From: Candidatus Omnitrophota bacterium
GTDB lineage: Bacteria > Omnitrophota > Gorgyraeia > Zapsychrales > Zapsychraceae
Direction: 5' to 3'
Assembly (NCBI GenBank): GCA_015233495.1
Contig: JADFXQ010000007.1
Span: 1-54,341, forward strand
Length of the DNA: 54,341 nt
Shown here: positions 26,980 through 36,240 of the stretch, in pieces
Position numbering within the stretch: position 1 is the stretch's first letter
How the letters are laid out: each line of letters begins with the position of its first letter
The notes under the pieces: generated by a model
The model's input: only the letters and a program-made list of their open reading frames with translations
Databases searched by the model: none
Told to the model about the DNA's origin: nothing
Position numbers and translations under genes: made by a program

Positions 26980-29652
26980 TTAATTGGCCTGTCCATACTG
27001 ATTCGCCGCCGAAGCTGATTTGAATCCCAACAACAGCGGGAGGTTTTTGACCGGGGCAATCTCTTGGATAACGGGAACAAGCCCGTTGATGTCCACGCTG
27101 ACATTCGGGACATCCTGAAACTTCAGCGGCAAAGCCGCGCCGCTCCTGTCACGCTTGACGCGCAGATTTTGAAAAGCCGAAATCAAATCAATCCCGCCGT
27201 TGGTACGGTTTCGGGTCCCCCAATCAAACCGCGTTGCCGACGGAGAGCTTGCCGGTTTTTTCAGCAAATCGCCCCGGCCAAAATAGACCGGTTGACCGGG
27301 GCCGCTGTATCCAAATTTCTCCTCGCCTTCCCAACGATATTGAGAAGGCGTCGATTCCCAAAAAGTCGGCATTGATCCGGGGGCATCTTCTTCCGTCTCA
27401 ATATCGCTTAACACAGTCACATCCGGTCTTGCCGCCGGAAAAATCGTGATTTCATAAATCATTCTGGCTGTCGTTTCATTAAATCCCACGCTGAGTCCCA
27501 AGGTAACCGTTTCCCATAAATTTTGCGCGGCTTTGATCAGCAGATGCTGAAATGACAAATGACTGATAAATTGATGATATCGCAAACGGGCCTGATAAGT
27601 CGCTTTTAAATCAGCATACTCTTTTTCAGTCCCACCATGCGTAATAAAATCAGACGAATCATCTAATATTTTCGGTAAAACAACCCCTTCCGGGTCAATA
27701 TATCCGTCGTCGATCAACACATTACTTCGAGCCAGAAAAACCACGGGGTTTTTCATGTCATGATTTACAAATTGGCCATGAAACGCGTCATTACGAATAT
27801 ACCAAAACCTCTTTGTGATCCGCTCCCCATTTTCATTAAGGACTTTAAATTCTATGACAGCATGATCTTCCCGATCGTTTTCATTTTTAACAAACACAAT
27901 TTCGCCGTCATCATTGAGACGAAAAAAATGAACGGCCGATACTTCCCCGCGCAACAAAGATATAATCCTCCCCAAAACCAATCCGCCGACTCCATTATAA
28001 TCTTCCGATGTCCCACTCAGTTGTCTTGCGTAGTCGTTGGCTAAAAAACGTCCGCCGGCTTTATTTTGAGGATCCGCGTACTTACAAAAAGCGATTAAAT
28101 CCTTAAACGAGCCGAACGGCAAATCGTTCATCACCACGACATCCGTCGCCTGTGTGTCCAAAGCAAACGGCGTGTACACATCCACTCCACCTAAAGGGTA
28201 ATAAATGACCGATCCGTTAAAGCCGGCCAGGCCGCCCAAATGCCTCAAAAAAACAGTCTGGGATGCTATTTCTTCGCGAATCCGGAGAACCTCTGTTTTC
28301 CGTCCCAAATCGCTGGCCAGCGCAGCTACGGCCGCTCTAAAATCCTTCTGTTCCAAAAAATTGTATCCGCTTAATTGCGGCAAGCTCCTATCCGCCACGA
28401 TGGGTGAACTTCCGGGCGAACTTCCAGCCGGATGAACATTGACTGTAACTTCCTCAAGCGGCGATGCAGTCCGGACTGCTTTTTGAGCCGCCAGCGGACT
28501 CGCGGAACTCAACGGCTGTTGGCCTGCGAACCCGCCGGAAAAATACTGCCGGGTCACGGTTTCCTCGGTCAGCGGATCCACGTCTTCCTTGACGTAATTC
28601 ATCACGCCCGTCTTGAACGCTGCGACATATCGGTCATAAATTTTTTGATTGTTCTTCACATCCGCCTGGTTCACGCCTGCGGTTTTACCTTTATCAACGT
28701 AATGCTTGCCGAGAAAACTCTCCTTGAGCGCTTTTTTATACCAGGCCGCAAGAATAAGCGAATGGTTGATCTGACGGAGCAAGGCGAAATTTTTCCCTTC
28801 ATTCACTTCTTTCTCGATCGCCGGGATGATGATTTCGCGCATGATTTGGGAAGCAAGGGCACGGGTTGTTTCCTCGCGGGCACTCACACCGACTATTCCG
28901 CTTCGCGTGTAGGGGCGCCCCTCGTGGGCGCCCGTTACTCGGTCGCGCCAGGACGACGGGCGCCCACGAGGGGCGCCCCTACGCTCTGCCAAATAATCCT
29001 CCTCCAGCATCACATTCAAATGGCTATCAACTATAAAAACCGTGTTGCCCTGTTCATACACCTCCGCCTTGTCCGGCATGATCCAGACTTTGTTGAATGT
29101 ATCCACCGGAATATCGTCTGTCCCGAATTTGGCTTTCGCTTCCTTATATATCCTGTCCCAAAACGCTTTCCCTATATCCTTTTGCGGATCAAGCAAAGAC
29201 GCGGTGAGCTGTTTTAAAATATAATCCTGAGCCAAAAGGTCCCGGCCCATTTCGGTTTTACCGAGATCGTCGGGGATAATCCGATTTTTTTCGTAGGGCG
29301 ACAAATTCACCCAAATATTTTTCTCCGGCACAGTCAATGCGGCAAGAAAATATTTGATGAGTTTCTGGTATTCTTTTACTTTTGCGTCTTTAGGCTGGCG
29401 CGAATAGTCGACATCGCCGGGCGAGATTAAAAAATCGAACTTCAGCGGATTGTCCGAATGAACAATTAAACCCTTCATAACCGCCGGATTATACGTCGAA
29501 GATAAATTGACCATCGCCCCAGGCACAGGCAATGTACCAACAAACTGCGCCGGAGCGGATCCCGGCAAAGCCAATATAAACATCACGAGCAAAATTCCGC
29601 GAAACAGCCGGAAAATGACACAGTCATTGATTTTAATCAGGCATCCGGTCAT
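26980..29652 (-). CDS. Secreted hypothetical protein with family-type N domain, central cargo and GGIDL C-terminal module (likely start ATG 29652)
   Basis: Long ORF with signal peptide ending APA-Q; LIKYFLAALTVPEKNIWVNLSPYEK...GRDLLAQDYILKQLTASL...FNKVWI...YFSGG; C-terminal GGIDL...KRD...PL...GLVPVI...LPLLLG. I recall this pattern from Omnitrophota hypothetical proteins. Confidence 0.75.
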   Translation of the reverse strand: MTGCLIKINDCVIFRLFRGILLVMFILALPGSAPAQFVGTLPVPGAMVNLSSTYNPAVMKGLIVHSDNPLKFDFLISPGDVDYSRQPKDAKVKEYQKLIKYFLAALTVPEKNIWVNLSPYEKNRIIPDDLGKTEMGRDLLAQDYILKQLTASLLDPQKDIGKAFWDRIYKEAKAKFGTDDIPVDTFNKVWIMPDKAEVYEQGNTVFIVDSHLNVMLEEDYLAERRGAPRGRPSSWRDRVTGAHEGRPYTRSGIVGVSAREETTRALASQIMREIIIPAIEKEVNEGKNFALLRQINHSLILAAWYKKALKESFLGKHYVDKGKTAGVNQADVKNNQKIYDRYVAAFKTGVMNYVKEDVDPLTEETVTRQYFSGGFAGQQPLSSASPLAAQKAVRTASPLEEVTVNVHPAGSSPGSSPIVADRSLPQLSGYNFLEQKDFRAAVAALASDLGRKTEVLRIREEIASQTVFLRHLGGLAGFNGSVIYYPLGGVDVYTPFALDTQATDVVVMNDLPFGSFKDLIAFCKYADPQNKAGGRFLANDYARQLSGTSEDYNGVGGLVLGRIISLLRGEVSAVHFFRLNDDGEIVFVKNENDREDHAVIEFKVLNENGERITKRFWYIRNDAFHGQFVNHDMKNPVVFLARSNVLIDDGYIDPEGVVLPKILDDSSDFITHGGTEKEYADLKATYQARLRYHQFISHLSFQHLLIKAAQNLWETVTLGLSVGFNETTARMIYEITIFPAARPDVTVLSDIETEEDAPGSMPTFWESTPSQYRWEGEEKFGYSGPGQPVYFGRGDLLKKPASSPSATRFDWGTRNRTNGGIDLISAFQNLRVKRDRSGAALPLKFQDVPNVSVDINGLVPVIQEIAPVKNLPLLLGFKSASAANQYGQAN
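28909..28982. mobile_element. Intact 74-bp GTAG-type REPIN inside a coding sequence
   Basis: Perfect 27-bp inverted arms GTAGGGGCGCCCCTCGTGGGCGCCCGT (28909-28935) and its reverse complement (28956-28982), 20-bp spacer; each arm is itself a small hairpin. Confidence 0.88.
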
Positions 29653-29701
29653 AAAGAAAGTATACCCGATCACGACTGAAACGGCCAATCCGGCTTTAAA
29701 A

Positions 29702-29766
29702 GGTGACGGACACTTTTTCTGGTGTTGAAAAGCTCAAAAGCATTGCCAAAAAAAGTGTCCGTCACC
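29702..29766. repeat. Inverted-repeat element GGTGACGGACACTTTTT...AAAAAGTGTCCGTCACC
   Basis: 17-bp perfect inverted arms in a divergent intergenic region. Confidence 0.8.
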
Positions 29767-29773
29767 ATTATGA

Positions 29774-29802
29774 TTGCATTCCCCGCTCTTGTGCTTTAAG
29801 AT
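29774..29802 (+). promoter_or_regulatory. Putative thi operon promoter, near-leaderless
   Basis: TTGCAT-17 nt-TAAGAT ending 8 nt before the thiS ATG; no SD sequence. Confidence 0.55.
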
Positions 29803-29810
29803 ATCTTTCT

Positions 29811-30011
29811 ATGCGTATTACACTCAACGGAAAAGCAACCGCTTTCGAAAATGATCTGCTTTTGCGACAGCTGGTTCAAAACTTCTGCCGTCAGCCGGAG
29901 CACGTCATCGCCGAAGTGAACGGCGAGATCGTGAAAACCGATCATTGGGATCAGACGGTTCTGAAAGAAGGCGACGTCATTGAATTGGTCGGTTTTGTCG
30001 GAGGCGGATAA
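29811..30011 (+). CDS. thiS: Sulfur carrier protein ThiS (start revised)
   Basis: MRITLNG...AEVNGEIV...LKEGDVIELVGFVGGG with C-terminal GG. Confidence 0.93.
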   Translation: MRITLNGKATAFENDLLLRQLVQNFCRQPEHVIAEVNGEIVKTDHWDQTVLKEGDVIELVGFVGGG

Positions 30012-30788
30012 ATGAATCGCGATGTTCTGACAATTGCTGGAATAAATTTCCAAAGCCGTTTTTTGCTCGGCACGGGGAAATTCTCGTCAAAAGCCGTCAT
30101 GCGCGAGACGATTGTGGCGTCCGGAAGCCAGATCGTGACTGTGGCTTTGCGCCGGATCGATGTGGAGCACAGTGAAGAAAACATTCTGGAATTTATTCCT
30201 GCCGGCACAACACTTTTAGTCAATACTTCCGGAGCCCGCAACGCCAAGGAAGCGGTGCGAATTGCGCGTTTAGCCAAGGAAGCCGGTTATGGAAACTGGA
30301 TAAAAATCGAAGTCATCAATGATTCAAAATATCTTCTGCCGGATAATGCGGAAACTATCCGCGCCACAGAACAGTTAACTGCGGAAGATTTCGTAGTTCT
30401 GCCCTACATGGCGCCTGACCTGTACGTGGCCCGCGCCTTAGTCAAGGCCGGTGCCGCGGCAGTCATGCCCTTAGGATCACTCATCGGCAGCCATCAGGGC
30501 CTGAAAACCCAAGATATGATTCAAATTTTAATTGATGAAATCGATCTGCCGGTCATTGTGGACGCCGGTTTGGGGATGCCGTCGCATGCCGCACAGGCCA
30601 TGGAAATGGGCGCCGCCGCGGCGTTGGTGAACACGGCGGTCGCTACGGCGCAAGACCCGGTCCGGGCCGGACGCGCCTTTGCGCTCGCGGTGGAAGCCGG
30701 CCGAATGGCCTATTTGAGCCGATTATCCGGCCCGCGTACGAATGCCGAAGCTTCATCGCCGTTAACCGGATTGCTGGAAAATAAATAA
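30012..30788 (+). CDS. thiG: Thiazole synthase
   Basis: [46 protein letters not shown]. Confidence 0.96.
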   Translation: MNRDVLTIAGINFQSRFLLGTGKFSSKAVMRETIVASGSQIVTVALRRIDVEHSEENILEFIPAGTTLLVNTSGARNAKEAVRIARLAKEAGYGNWIKIEVINDSKYLLPDNAETIRATEQLTAEDFVVLPYMAPDLYVARALVKAGAAAVMPLGSLIGSHQGLKTQDMIQILIDEIDLPVIVDAGLGMPSHAAQAMEMGAAAALVNTAVATAQDPVRAGRAFALAVEAGRMAYLSRLSGPRTNAEASSPLTGLLENK

Positions 30789-30807
30789 GGTCATCCAGTT
30801 GTATATA

Positions 30808-30850
30808 AGGGGCGCCCGTTGTCCAATCGCGCCAGAACAACAGTCGTGCT
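30808..30850. repeat. Degenerate REPIN fragment between thiG and thiH
   Basis: gggcgcccgttgtccaatcgcgccagaacaac is colinear with gggcgcccgttactcggtcgcgccaggacgac of the 28909 element, spacer included. Confidence 0.65.
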
Positions 30851-30889
30851 GAATGGGCACGACAACGGCCAAAAATCCACAAGCCTATT

Positions 30890-31903
30890 ATGATCAACAG
30901 TGAAGAAATAAATAAAATCCTTTCCGACTCTTCGCCCCAATTGACCGAAGACCTCGCCCGGCAAGCCGCTGCCCTTACCCAGCAATATTTCGGGCGGACG
31001 ATCAGTCTCTACGCGCCGCTTTATCTGTCTAATTACTGCACCGGCGGATGTTTGTATTGCGGGTTCAATCAAAACCACTCCGTCCAAAGAATCAAACTCA
31101 ATCCCGAACAAATCGAAGCTGAAATGCTGACACTCGCGGCCATGGGCATCAAAAATATTTTATTGCTTACCGGAGAATCCTATGACCTTACGCCCGTAGA
31201 ATATCTTTGCAAAGCCGTCTGTCTGGGCCGGAAATATTTTTCTCAAGTCGGCTTAGAAATTCATCCTTTGGAAACTTCCGAATACAGCGCGCTTTATCTC
31301 GCCGGAGCCGACAGCCTCACTGTTTATCAGGAGACCTATGACCGGACCCGTTACGCCGAAGTCCATTTGCACGGACGCAAACGCGATTACGATTTTCGTT
31401 ACGGCGCGGCAGGCCGCGCCAGCGCGGCGCATTTCCGTCAAATTTCGCTGGGCATTCTGCTGGGACTAAGTAAAGTAGCCAACGACCTTGCGTCGTTGTA
31501 TAATCATTTACGGTATATGGAACGCCAATATCCGGGAGTGGAATACAGCCTTTCCTTTCCGCGCTTGCGCCGGATCAAAGGCGAAAATTTTATTCCCGAT
31601 GTGATTAATGATCAGACATTTATGCGGATCATCGCTTTATCCCGCATTTTATTTCCCCGCGTCGGGATCAATTTATCGACGCGAGAACAGCCGGATCTGC
31701 GCGACCGGTTATTGGGAATCGGAGTGACGAAAATATCGGCAGGGTCCAAGACCACCGTCGGCGGCTATCACGCCCCGGCAGAACAACGGGATCCTCAATT
31801 CGACGTCCAGGACAGCCGTTCCGTCGAAGCAGTAATCCGCCGGGTAAAAAAATTAGGCTTCGATCCGGTCATAACGGACTGGCGGGCCATCACAAATGAA
31901 TAG
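30890..31903 (+). CDS. thiH: 2-iminoacetate synthase (radical SAM)
   Basis: YAPLYLSNYCTGGCLYCGF (CxxxCxxC), YQETY, LSTRE, SAGSKTTVGGY, QFDVQDSRS. Confidence 0.93.
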   Translation: MINSEEINKILSDSSPQLTEDLARQAAALTQQYFGRTISLYAPLYLSNYCTGGCLYCGFNQNHSVQRIKLNPEQIEAEMLTLAAMGIKNILLLTGESYDLTPVEYLCKAVCLGRKYFSQVGLEIHPLETSEYSALYLAGADSLTVYQETYDRTRYAEVHLHGRKRDYDFRYGAAGRASAAHFRQISLGILLGLSKVANDLASLYNHLRYMERQYPGVEYSLSFPRLRRIKGENFIPDVINDQTFMRIIALSRILFPRVGINLSTREQPDLRDRLLGIGVTKISAGSKTTVGGYHAPAEQRDPQFDVQDSRSVEAVIRRVKKLGFDPVITDWRAITNE

Positions 31904-31921
31904 CATACTAAGGAGTCACCC

Positions 31922-32311
31922 ATGCAAAAGCCACTGAATCTGGTTCTCAAAAACTACGAAGACCGCGGCGGCATTGTCGCAGCCGTAGTGCAGGAGAAAA
32001 TTGCCAAAATTGAAAAAATTTGTCCCAAGCTGATCAGTTGTCACGTCTTAATCGAAAAATTAACCAACCTCAAACATCACAACCATTCTTATCATATTCG
32101 AATCGAATTGCAGGTCCCCGGTCACCCGGAAGTGGTGATTATCCGCGAGCCGAAAAAAGGCGAAATCCAATCCGAACTGCTGACCACCCAGGTTCGCGAA
32201 GCTTTTATCGCCGGTCGTCGGCAAATCGAAGAAATCATTGACCGTCAGCAAGGCCATGTCAAATCACACGCGGTGAAACAAGTCGAGGAAGTCGAAGAAG
32301 AAGAAATTTAA
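31922..32311 (+). CDS. HPF/RaiA family ribosome-associated protein
   Basis: EKIAKIEK...ISCHVLIE...YHIRIELQVPG...VREAF..GRRQI...GHVKSH. Confidence 0.75.
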   Translation: MQKPLNLVLKNYEDRGGIVAAVVQEKIAKIEKICPKLISCHVLIEKLTNLKHHNHSYHIRIELQVPGHPEVVIIREPKKGEIQSELLTTQVREAFIAGRRQIEEIIDRQQGHVKSHAVKQVEEVEEEEI

Positions 32312-32326
32312 CCAGCCACGGGATAA

Positions 32327-32410
32327 AAATGACAAATGACAAAATTCAAAGCACAAAACCACTAATCCCCAATTTAAGTTTTAAAATTTGAATTTTGTCT
32401 TTTGTCATTT
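32327..32410. repeat. Inverted heptamer (AAATGAC-type) array
   Basis: aaatgacaaatgacaaaattcaaa ... tttgaattttgtcttttgtcattt, 23/24 complementary. Confidence 0.8.
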
Positions 32411-32419
32411 GTGATTATT

Positions 32420-33019
32420 ATGAACCTCTTTCACACCGGTTTACTCCGTTATCTCAAACCTGAACAACTCGACCGCCTGCGCCAAACCCGCGTTGGGATT
32501 GCGGGATGCGGCGGTTTAGGCTCAAATATCGCGGTTTTGCTTACCCGCTCGGGTTTAGAAAATTTTATTCTCCTCGATCGCGACACCGTTGAGGCATCGA
32601 ATTTGAACCGGCAGTTTTTTTTCTTAAGCGATATCGGCCGTCCGAAGACGGGCGCTTTAACGCAATATTTACGCGGCATTAACCCGGAAGTGAAAACCGT
32701 ATTATTTCAAGAAACCTGGTCTCCCCAGAATCCGGACCGGTTTGCCGGATGCGATATTGTGGTGGAAGCGTTCGACCGAGCCGGATTTAAAAAATCGTTT
32801 GTGGAATTCTATCAAAGCCGGGCAAAATATGTGATCAGCGGCAACGGCATGGCAGGGTATCAACGGCCGCAACCCCTCGCGGTCCGGCAAATAAAAAATA
32901 TTTTTATTGTGGGCGATGCCACAACCGACATCACGAACGGCTTCGCCCCCTTTGCCCCGCGGGTCACTGCCTGCGCCGGATTGATGGCGGATATCGCGCT
33001 CTCCCTTGTCCTTAATTAG
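32420..33019 (+). CDS. thiF: ThiS adenylyltransferase ThiF
   Basis: VGIAGCGGLGSN, LDRDTVEASNLNRQ, IVVEAFD, APRV. Confidence 0.92.
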   Translation: MNLFHTGLLRYLKPEQLDRLRQTRVGIAGCGGLGSNIAVLLTRSGLENFILLDRDTVEASNLNRQFFFLSDIGRPKTGALTQYLRGINPEVKTVLFQETWSPQNPDRFAGCDIVVEAFDRAGFKKSFVEFYQSRAKYVISGNGMAGYQRPQPLAVRQIKNIFIVGDATTDITNGFAPFAPRVTACAGLMADIALSLVLN

Positions 33020-33028
33020 CCTGCTTCT

Positions 33029-34909
33029 CTATCCTTTTCCGCTTTTTGCCGCCCAATATTTTTTTAAATACACCATCAAAATCGATATGGCCGCCGGAGT
33101 CACGCCGGAAATACGATTGGCCTGCCCCAATGTCAGCGGGTTAAATAGCGTCAACTTCTGCCGAATCTCTTTCGACAATCCGCTCACCTGATTGTAATCC
33201 AAATCCGCCGGAATTTTAATATTTTCAATGTGTTGAAACCGTTCGACATTTTTATTTTGCTGGGCGATAAAACCCGCGTATTTAACTTCATATTCTATTT
33301 GTCCGGCAATTTTTGTTTCCCATGCCGCGAACTGAGGGTCCTGTTGGCATAAAAAATCAAAATCAATTTCCGGCCGCTTTAATAAATCAGCCCAAGTGGC
33401 GTCCGTACGCGCCGCCGCGCTTCCGCGGCCAGCCAGCGCCTCATCCAATGACTGACCCAATGACGGACGGGTCGCGCGCAAAGTTTCAATCCCTTGCCGC
33501 ACGGCAGCATATTTCTGGTTGATCTGATCATATTGGGTTTGGTTCATCAACCCAAAATCATAAGCGTATTTTGCCAAACGGATATCCGTGTTATCTTCGC
33601 GAACAAGTAAACGATATTCGACCCGCGAAGTAAACATCCGATACGGTTCTTCCGTGCCTTTGGTCACCAAATCATCGATCAGCACGCCGACATAAGCCTC
33701 GTGCCGGCCTAAGACAAACGGCTCCCGACCTTGCACCGCTAACCCCGCGTTGATCCCCGCGATTATCCCCTGGGCCGCCGCCTCTTCATACCCGGTTGTC
33801 CCGTTGACCTGACCGCAAAAAAACAATCCCGGGATCCGCTTTGACTCCAACCACGGCCGCAGTTCCGTCGAACGGATCACCGCGTGTTCAATGGAATAGC
33901 CATAACGCAAAAATCGCGCCCGTTCCAATCCCGGAATCGAATGGACTAATTGTTCTTGAACTTCCGCCGGTAATCCCGTGGAAATCCCGTTGGGATAATA
34001 CACCGACGCGTCTTGGCCTTCCGGCTCCAAAAAAACATGATGACTTTTGCGGTCCGGAAATTTTTTGAGTTTATCTTCGATCGACGGGCAATAACGCACG
34101 CCAGTAGCGTTGATCTGGCCGGAATACATCGGCGACAAATGCATATTGCGCATGATCAAATCATGCGTCGCGTCCGTCGTGTGGGTAATATAACAGGGTA
34201 AGAGCAATTGGCCGGCGGGAATGGCGGGTGTCCGGAAAGAAAAAGGGGCCGGCGGTTCATCCGAATCCTGCCGGATCATCGCCGAAAAATCCAAAGTTGA
34301 TCCGTCGAGACGCGGCGGCGTGCCCGTCTTAAACATCATCAGCTCAAACCCCAACCGCTCCAAACTTTCGGCCAGCGGCAGCGAAGCCGGCTCACCCAAC
34401 CGTCCACCCGCGGTGATGATTGTCCCCTGATGCATACGGCCGCGAAGAAAAGTCCCTGCCGCAACAATAAGCGCGCGGCAGGAAAACCGCTGTCCTTTTT
34501 CCGTGGTGACACCTACTACCCGCTGCTGCGCGACCTCAATCGCCGCAATAAAATCTTCACAAACTTCCAGATGAACTTGCTGCCGCGCCACCCCTTGCAT
34601 ATAGGCGGCATAACGCGCCCGGTCCGACTGACAACGCGAAGAACGGACTGCCGGCCCCTTAGACGCGTTCAAAATACGAAACTGCAACCCGGTGCGGTCG
34701 GCAGCCAAACCCATTTCCCCGCCGAGAACATCAACCTCTTTCACCAACTGGCCTTTGCCCACGCCGCCGATCGCCGGATTACAACTCATCTGGCCAATCG
34801 TTTCCCAAGCCGCGGTCACGAGCAAAGTCCGGCATCCCATCCGCGCCGGCGCCAAAGCCGCCTCAATTCCCGCATGCCCTCCCCCAATCACAATCACGTC
34901 AAAATCCAT
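33029..34909 (-). CDS. mnmG: tRNA uridine 5-carboxymethylaminomethyl modification enzyme MnmG/GidA
   Basis: DVIVIGGGHAGIEAA, MSCNPAIGG, KTGTPPR, RYCPSIEDK, GQVNGTTGYEEAAAQG. Confidence 0.97.
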   Translation of the reverse strand: MDFDVIVIGGGHAGIEAALAPARMGCRTLLVTAAWETIGQMSCNPAIGGVGKGQLVKEVDVLGGEMGLAADRTGLQFRILNASKGPAVRSSRCQSDRARYAAYMQGVARQQVHLEVCEDFIAAIEVAQQRVVGVTTEKGQRFSCRALIVAAGTFLRGRMHQGTIITAGGRLGEPASLPLAESLERLGFELMMFKTGTPPRLDGSTLDFSAMIRQDSDEPPAPFSFRTPAIPAGQLLLPCYITHTTDATHDLIMRNMHLSPMYSGQINATGVRYCPSIEDKLKKFPDRKSHHVFLEPEGQDASVYYPNGISTGLPAEVQEQLVHSIPGLERARFLRYGYSIEHAVIRSTELRPWLESKRIPGLFFCGQVNGTTGYEEAAAQGIIAGINAGLAVQGREPFVLGRHEAYVGVLIDDLVTKGTEEPYRMFTSRVEYRLLVREDNTDIRLAKYAYDFGLMNQTQYDQINQKYAAVRQGIETLRATRPSLGQSLDEALAGRGSAAARTDATWADLLKRPEIDFDFLCQQDPQFAAWETKIAGQIEYEVKYAGFIAQQNKNVERFQHIENIKIPADLDYNQVSGLSKEIRQKLTLFNPLTLGQANRISGVTPAAISILMVYLKKYWAAKSGKG

Positions 34910-34934
34910 AAAAAATCCCTGAAAATCTTTCCCA

Positions 34935-35202
34935 GGGCTCACTATGACCGGTGTACGCTATCAGGGTTTTACCGCTGTGAGCGAAAGCTTTTTTACGCGG
35001 AATCAGCGGAAAAATTTCCACTCGCGCCGCTGTTTGAGTGCCGCAGGGAGACCTCGGCACTTCCCGGAAGTGCCGAGGTCTCCTTGCGGTGCGAGTTTAG
35101 CGCGACCGCTGATTCCGCGTAAAAAAGCGTCCCCTGCCGTAAGGCAGGGGTGAAGCTCAGTGCGGTAAAACCCTGATAACGTACACCGGTTATAGCGAGC
35201 CC
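34935..35202. mobile_element. 268-bp nested palindromic element (MITE-like)
   Basis: Outer arms 38/41 complementary, inner arms 23/23 (34987-35009 / 35106-35128), central arms 23/24 (35041-35089), side hairpin CCCCTGCCGTAAGGCAGGGG. Confidence 0.8.
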
Positions 35203-35250
35203 CTCCCTACGCCTTTAAACCCGGTTTTAGCAATAAAAAATAATTAAGTA

Positions 35251-36192
35251 TTATACCCCTAAAAGAGCGCGGAGAGTTGTGCGGGCCGTTTCCATAATAC
35301 CCTTGGATTTCGTGTAGAGTTTGTCATACTCATTGCTGAATACAGTATATTTCTCTTCAAATTTTTTATCACTTTCTCCATTCTTCTTTTTTGGCTCCTT
35401 AATCTCCCGCCACAACAAAGAAAGCATTCTTTCAATGCGCTCGATCTGATCAACGCAAGCCCGATAATCCCGGAAAGATTTATTGTCCGACAAACTGCCC
35501 AAAGGATAGGTGGTGATGCGGTATTTCCATTTGACTTCCTCAAAATTCCAAGACTTGATCAAAAAATTGAGAGTCTGTTCATAAGCAAAATTTCGGTTAT
35601 TGATTAAAAGCTCGCGTAAAACCGCTGTTTTAATATTTAAAAACTCGGATCGCGGCCGGTGCAGAGGCAAAGACCTTATGCTTTTGGATACCTCCGGGAA
35701 CCAGTTGGCCAAAAGCGAATACGAACCATAGGTATCGACGAGACTTTTCGCGCTGAATTTATCTCCCGTCCCAAAATCTCCAATACCAATATCCGGATCG
35801 GTTATTTTAATAAAATCCCGGAGATTATCATAAAATTCAGAAGCTTTATTAACATATTCCAGATCGCCGGGTATTTGGACGATTCTCTCAACTTGCGGAT
35901 AATGATCCAGAACATAACCCCAACCCGCCAGCCATGTCTGACAGGTATCCACCGACCAAGTTTGCACCACTTCTAAAGATTGATATCTTTCATCATTGAT
36001 GAAAGATGCGGCATCTTGCCGGATGACCGTAGACCGGGGTAACACCACAATCGGCCGCGGATCAATTTCCTTGCACCGGTCAATCGTCCACCAGAAATAC
36101 CATTCGCACTTTTTATTGTTCTCATATCCCCAATACGGAAAAATGATAATCGGTTTGGAATGCAAAATTTTATTAGCTGGTTGTTCCGTCAT
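35251..36192 (-). CDS. Hypothetical protein, possibly a divergent GT-A fold glycosyltransferase
   Basis: 313-aa ORF at the end of the glycan cluster; IIIFP, IVQIPGDL, DIGIGDF and LLANWFPEV...RPRSEFL occur in GT-A-like order. Confidence 0.55.
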   Translation of the reverse strand: MTEQPANKILHSKPIIIFPYWGYENNKKCEWYFWWTIDRCKEIDPRPIVVLPRSTVIRQDAASFINDERYQSLEVVQTWSVDTCQTWLAGWGYVLDHYPQVERIVQIPGDLEYVNKASEFYDNLRDFIKITDPDIGIGDFGTGDKFSAKSLVDTYGSYSLLANWFPEVSKSIRSLPLHRPRSEFLNIKTAVLRELLINNRNFAYEQTLNFLIKSWNFEEVKWKYRITTYPLGSLSDNKSFRDYRACVDQIERIERMLSLLWREIKEPKKKNGESDKKFEEKYTVFSNEYDKLYTKSKGIMETARTTLRALLGV

Positions 36193-36240
36193 ATTCTCGC
36201 CCTATCGTCCGTCCCGAGCCGATGCAAATGCGCCCGGCGA

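Noticed and set aside
29703-29810. Extended ThiS N-terminus or TPP riboswitch
   Set aside because: The region is an inverted-repeat element plus a promoter, with no TPP consensus.
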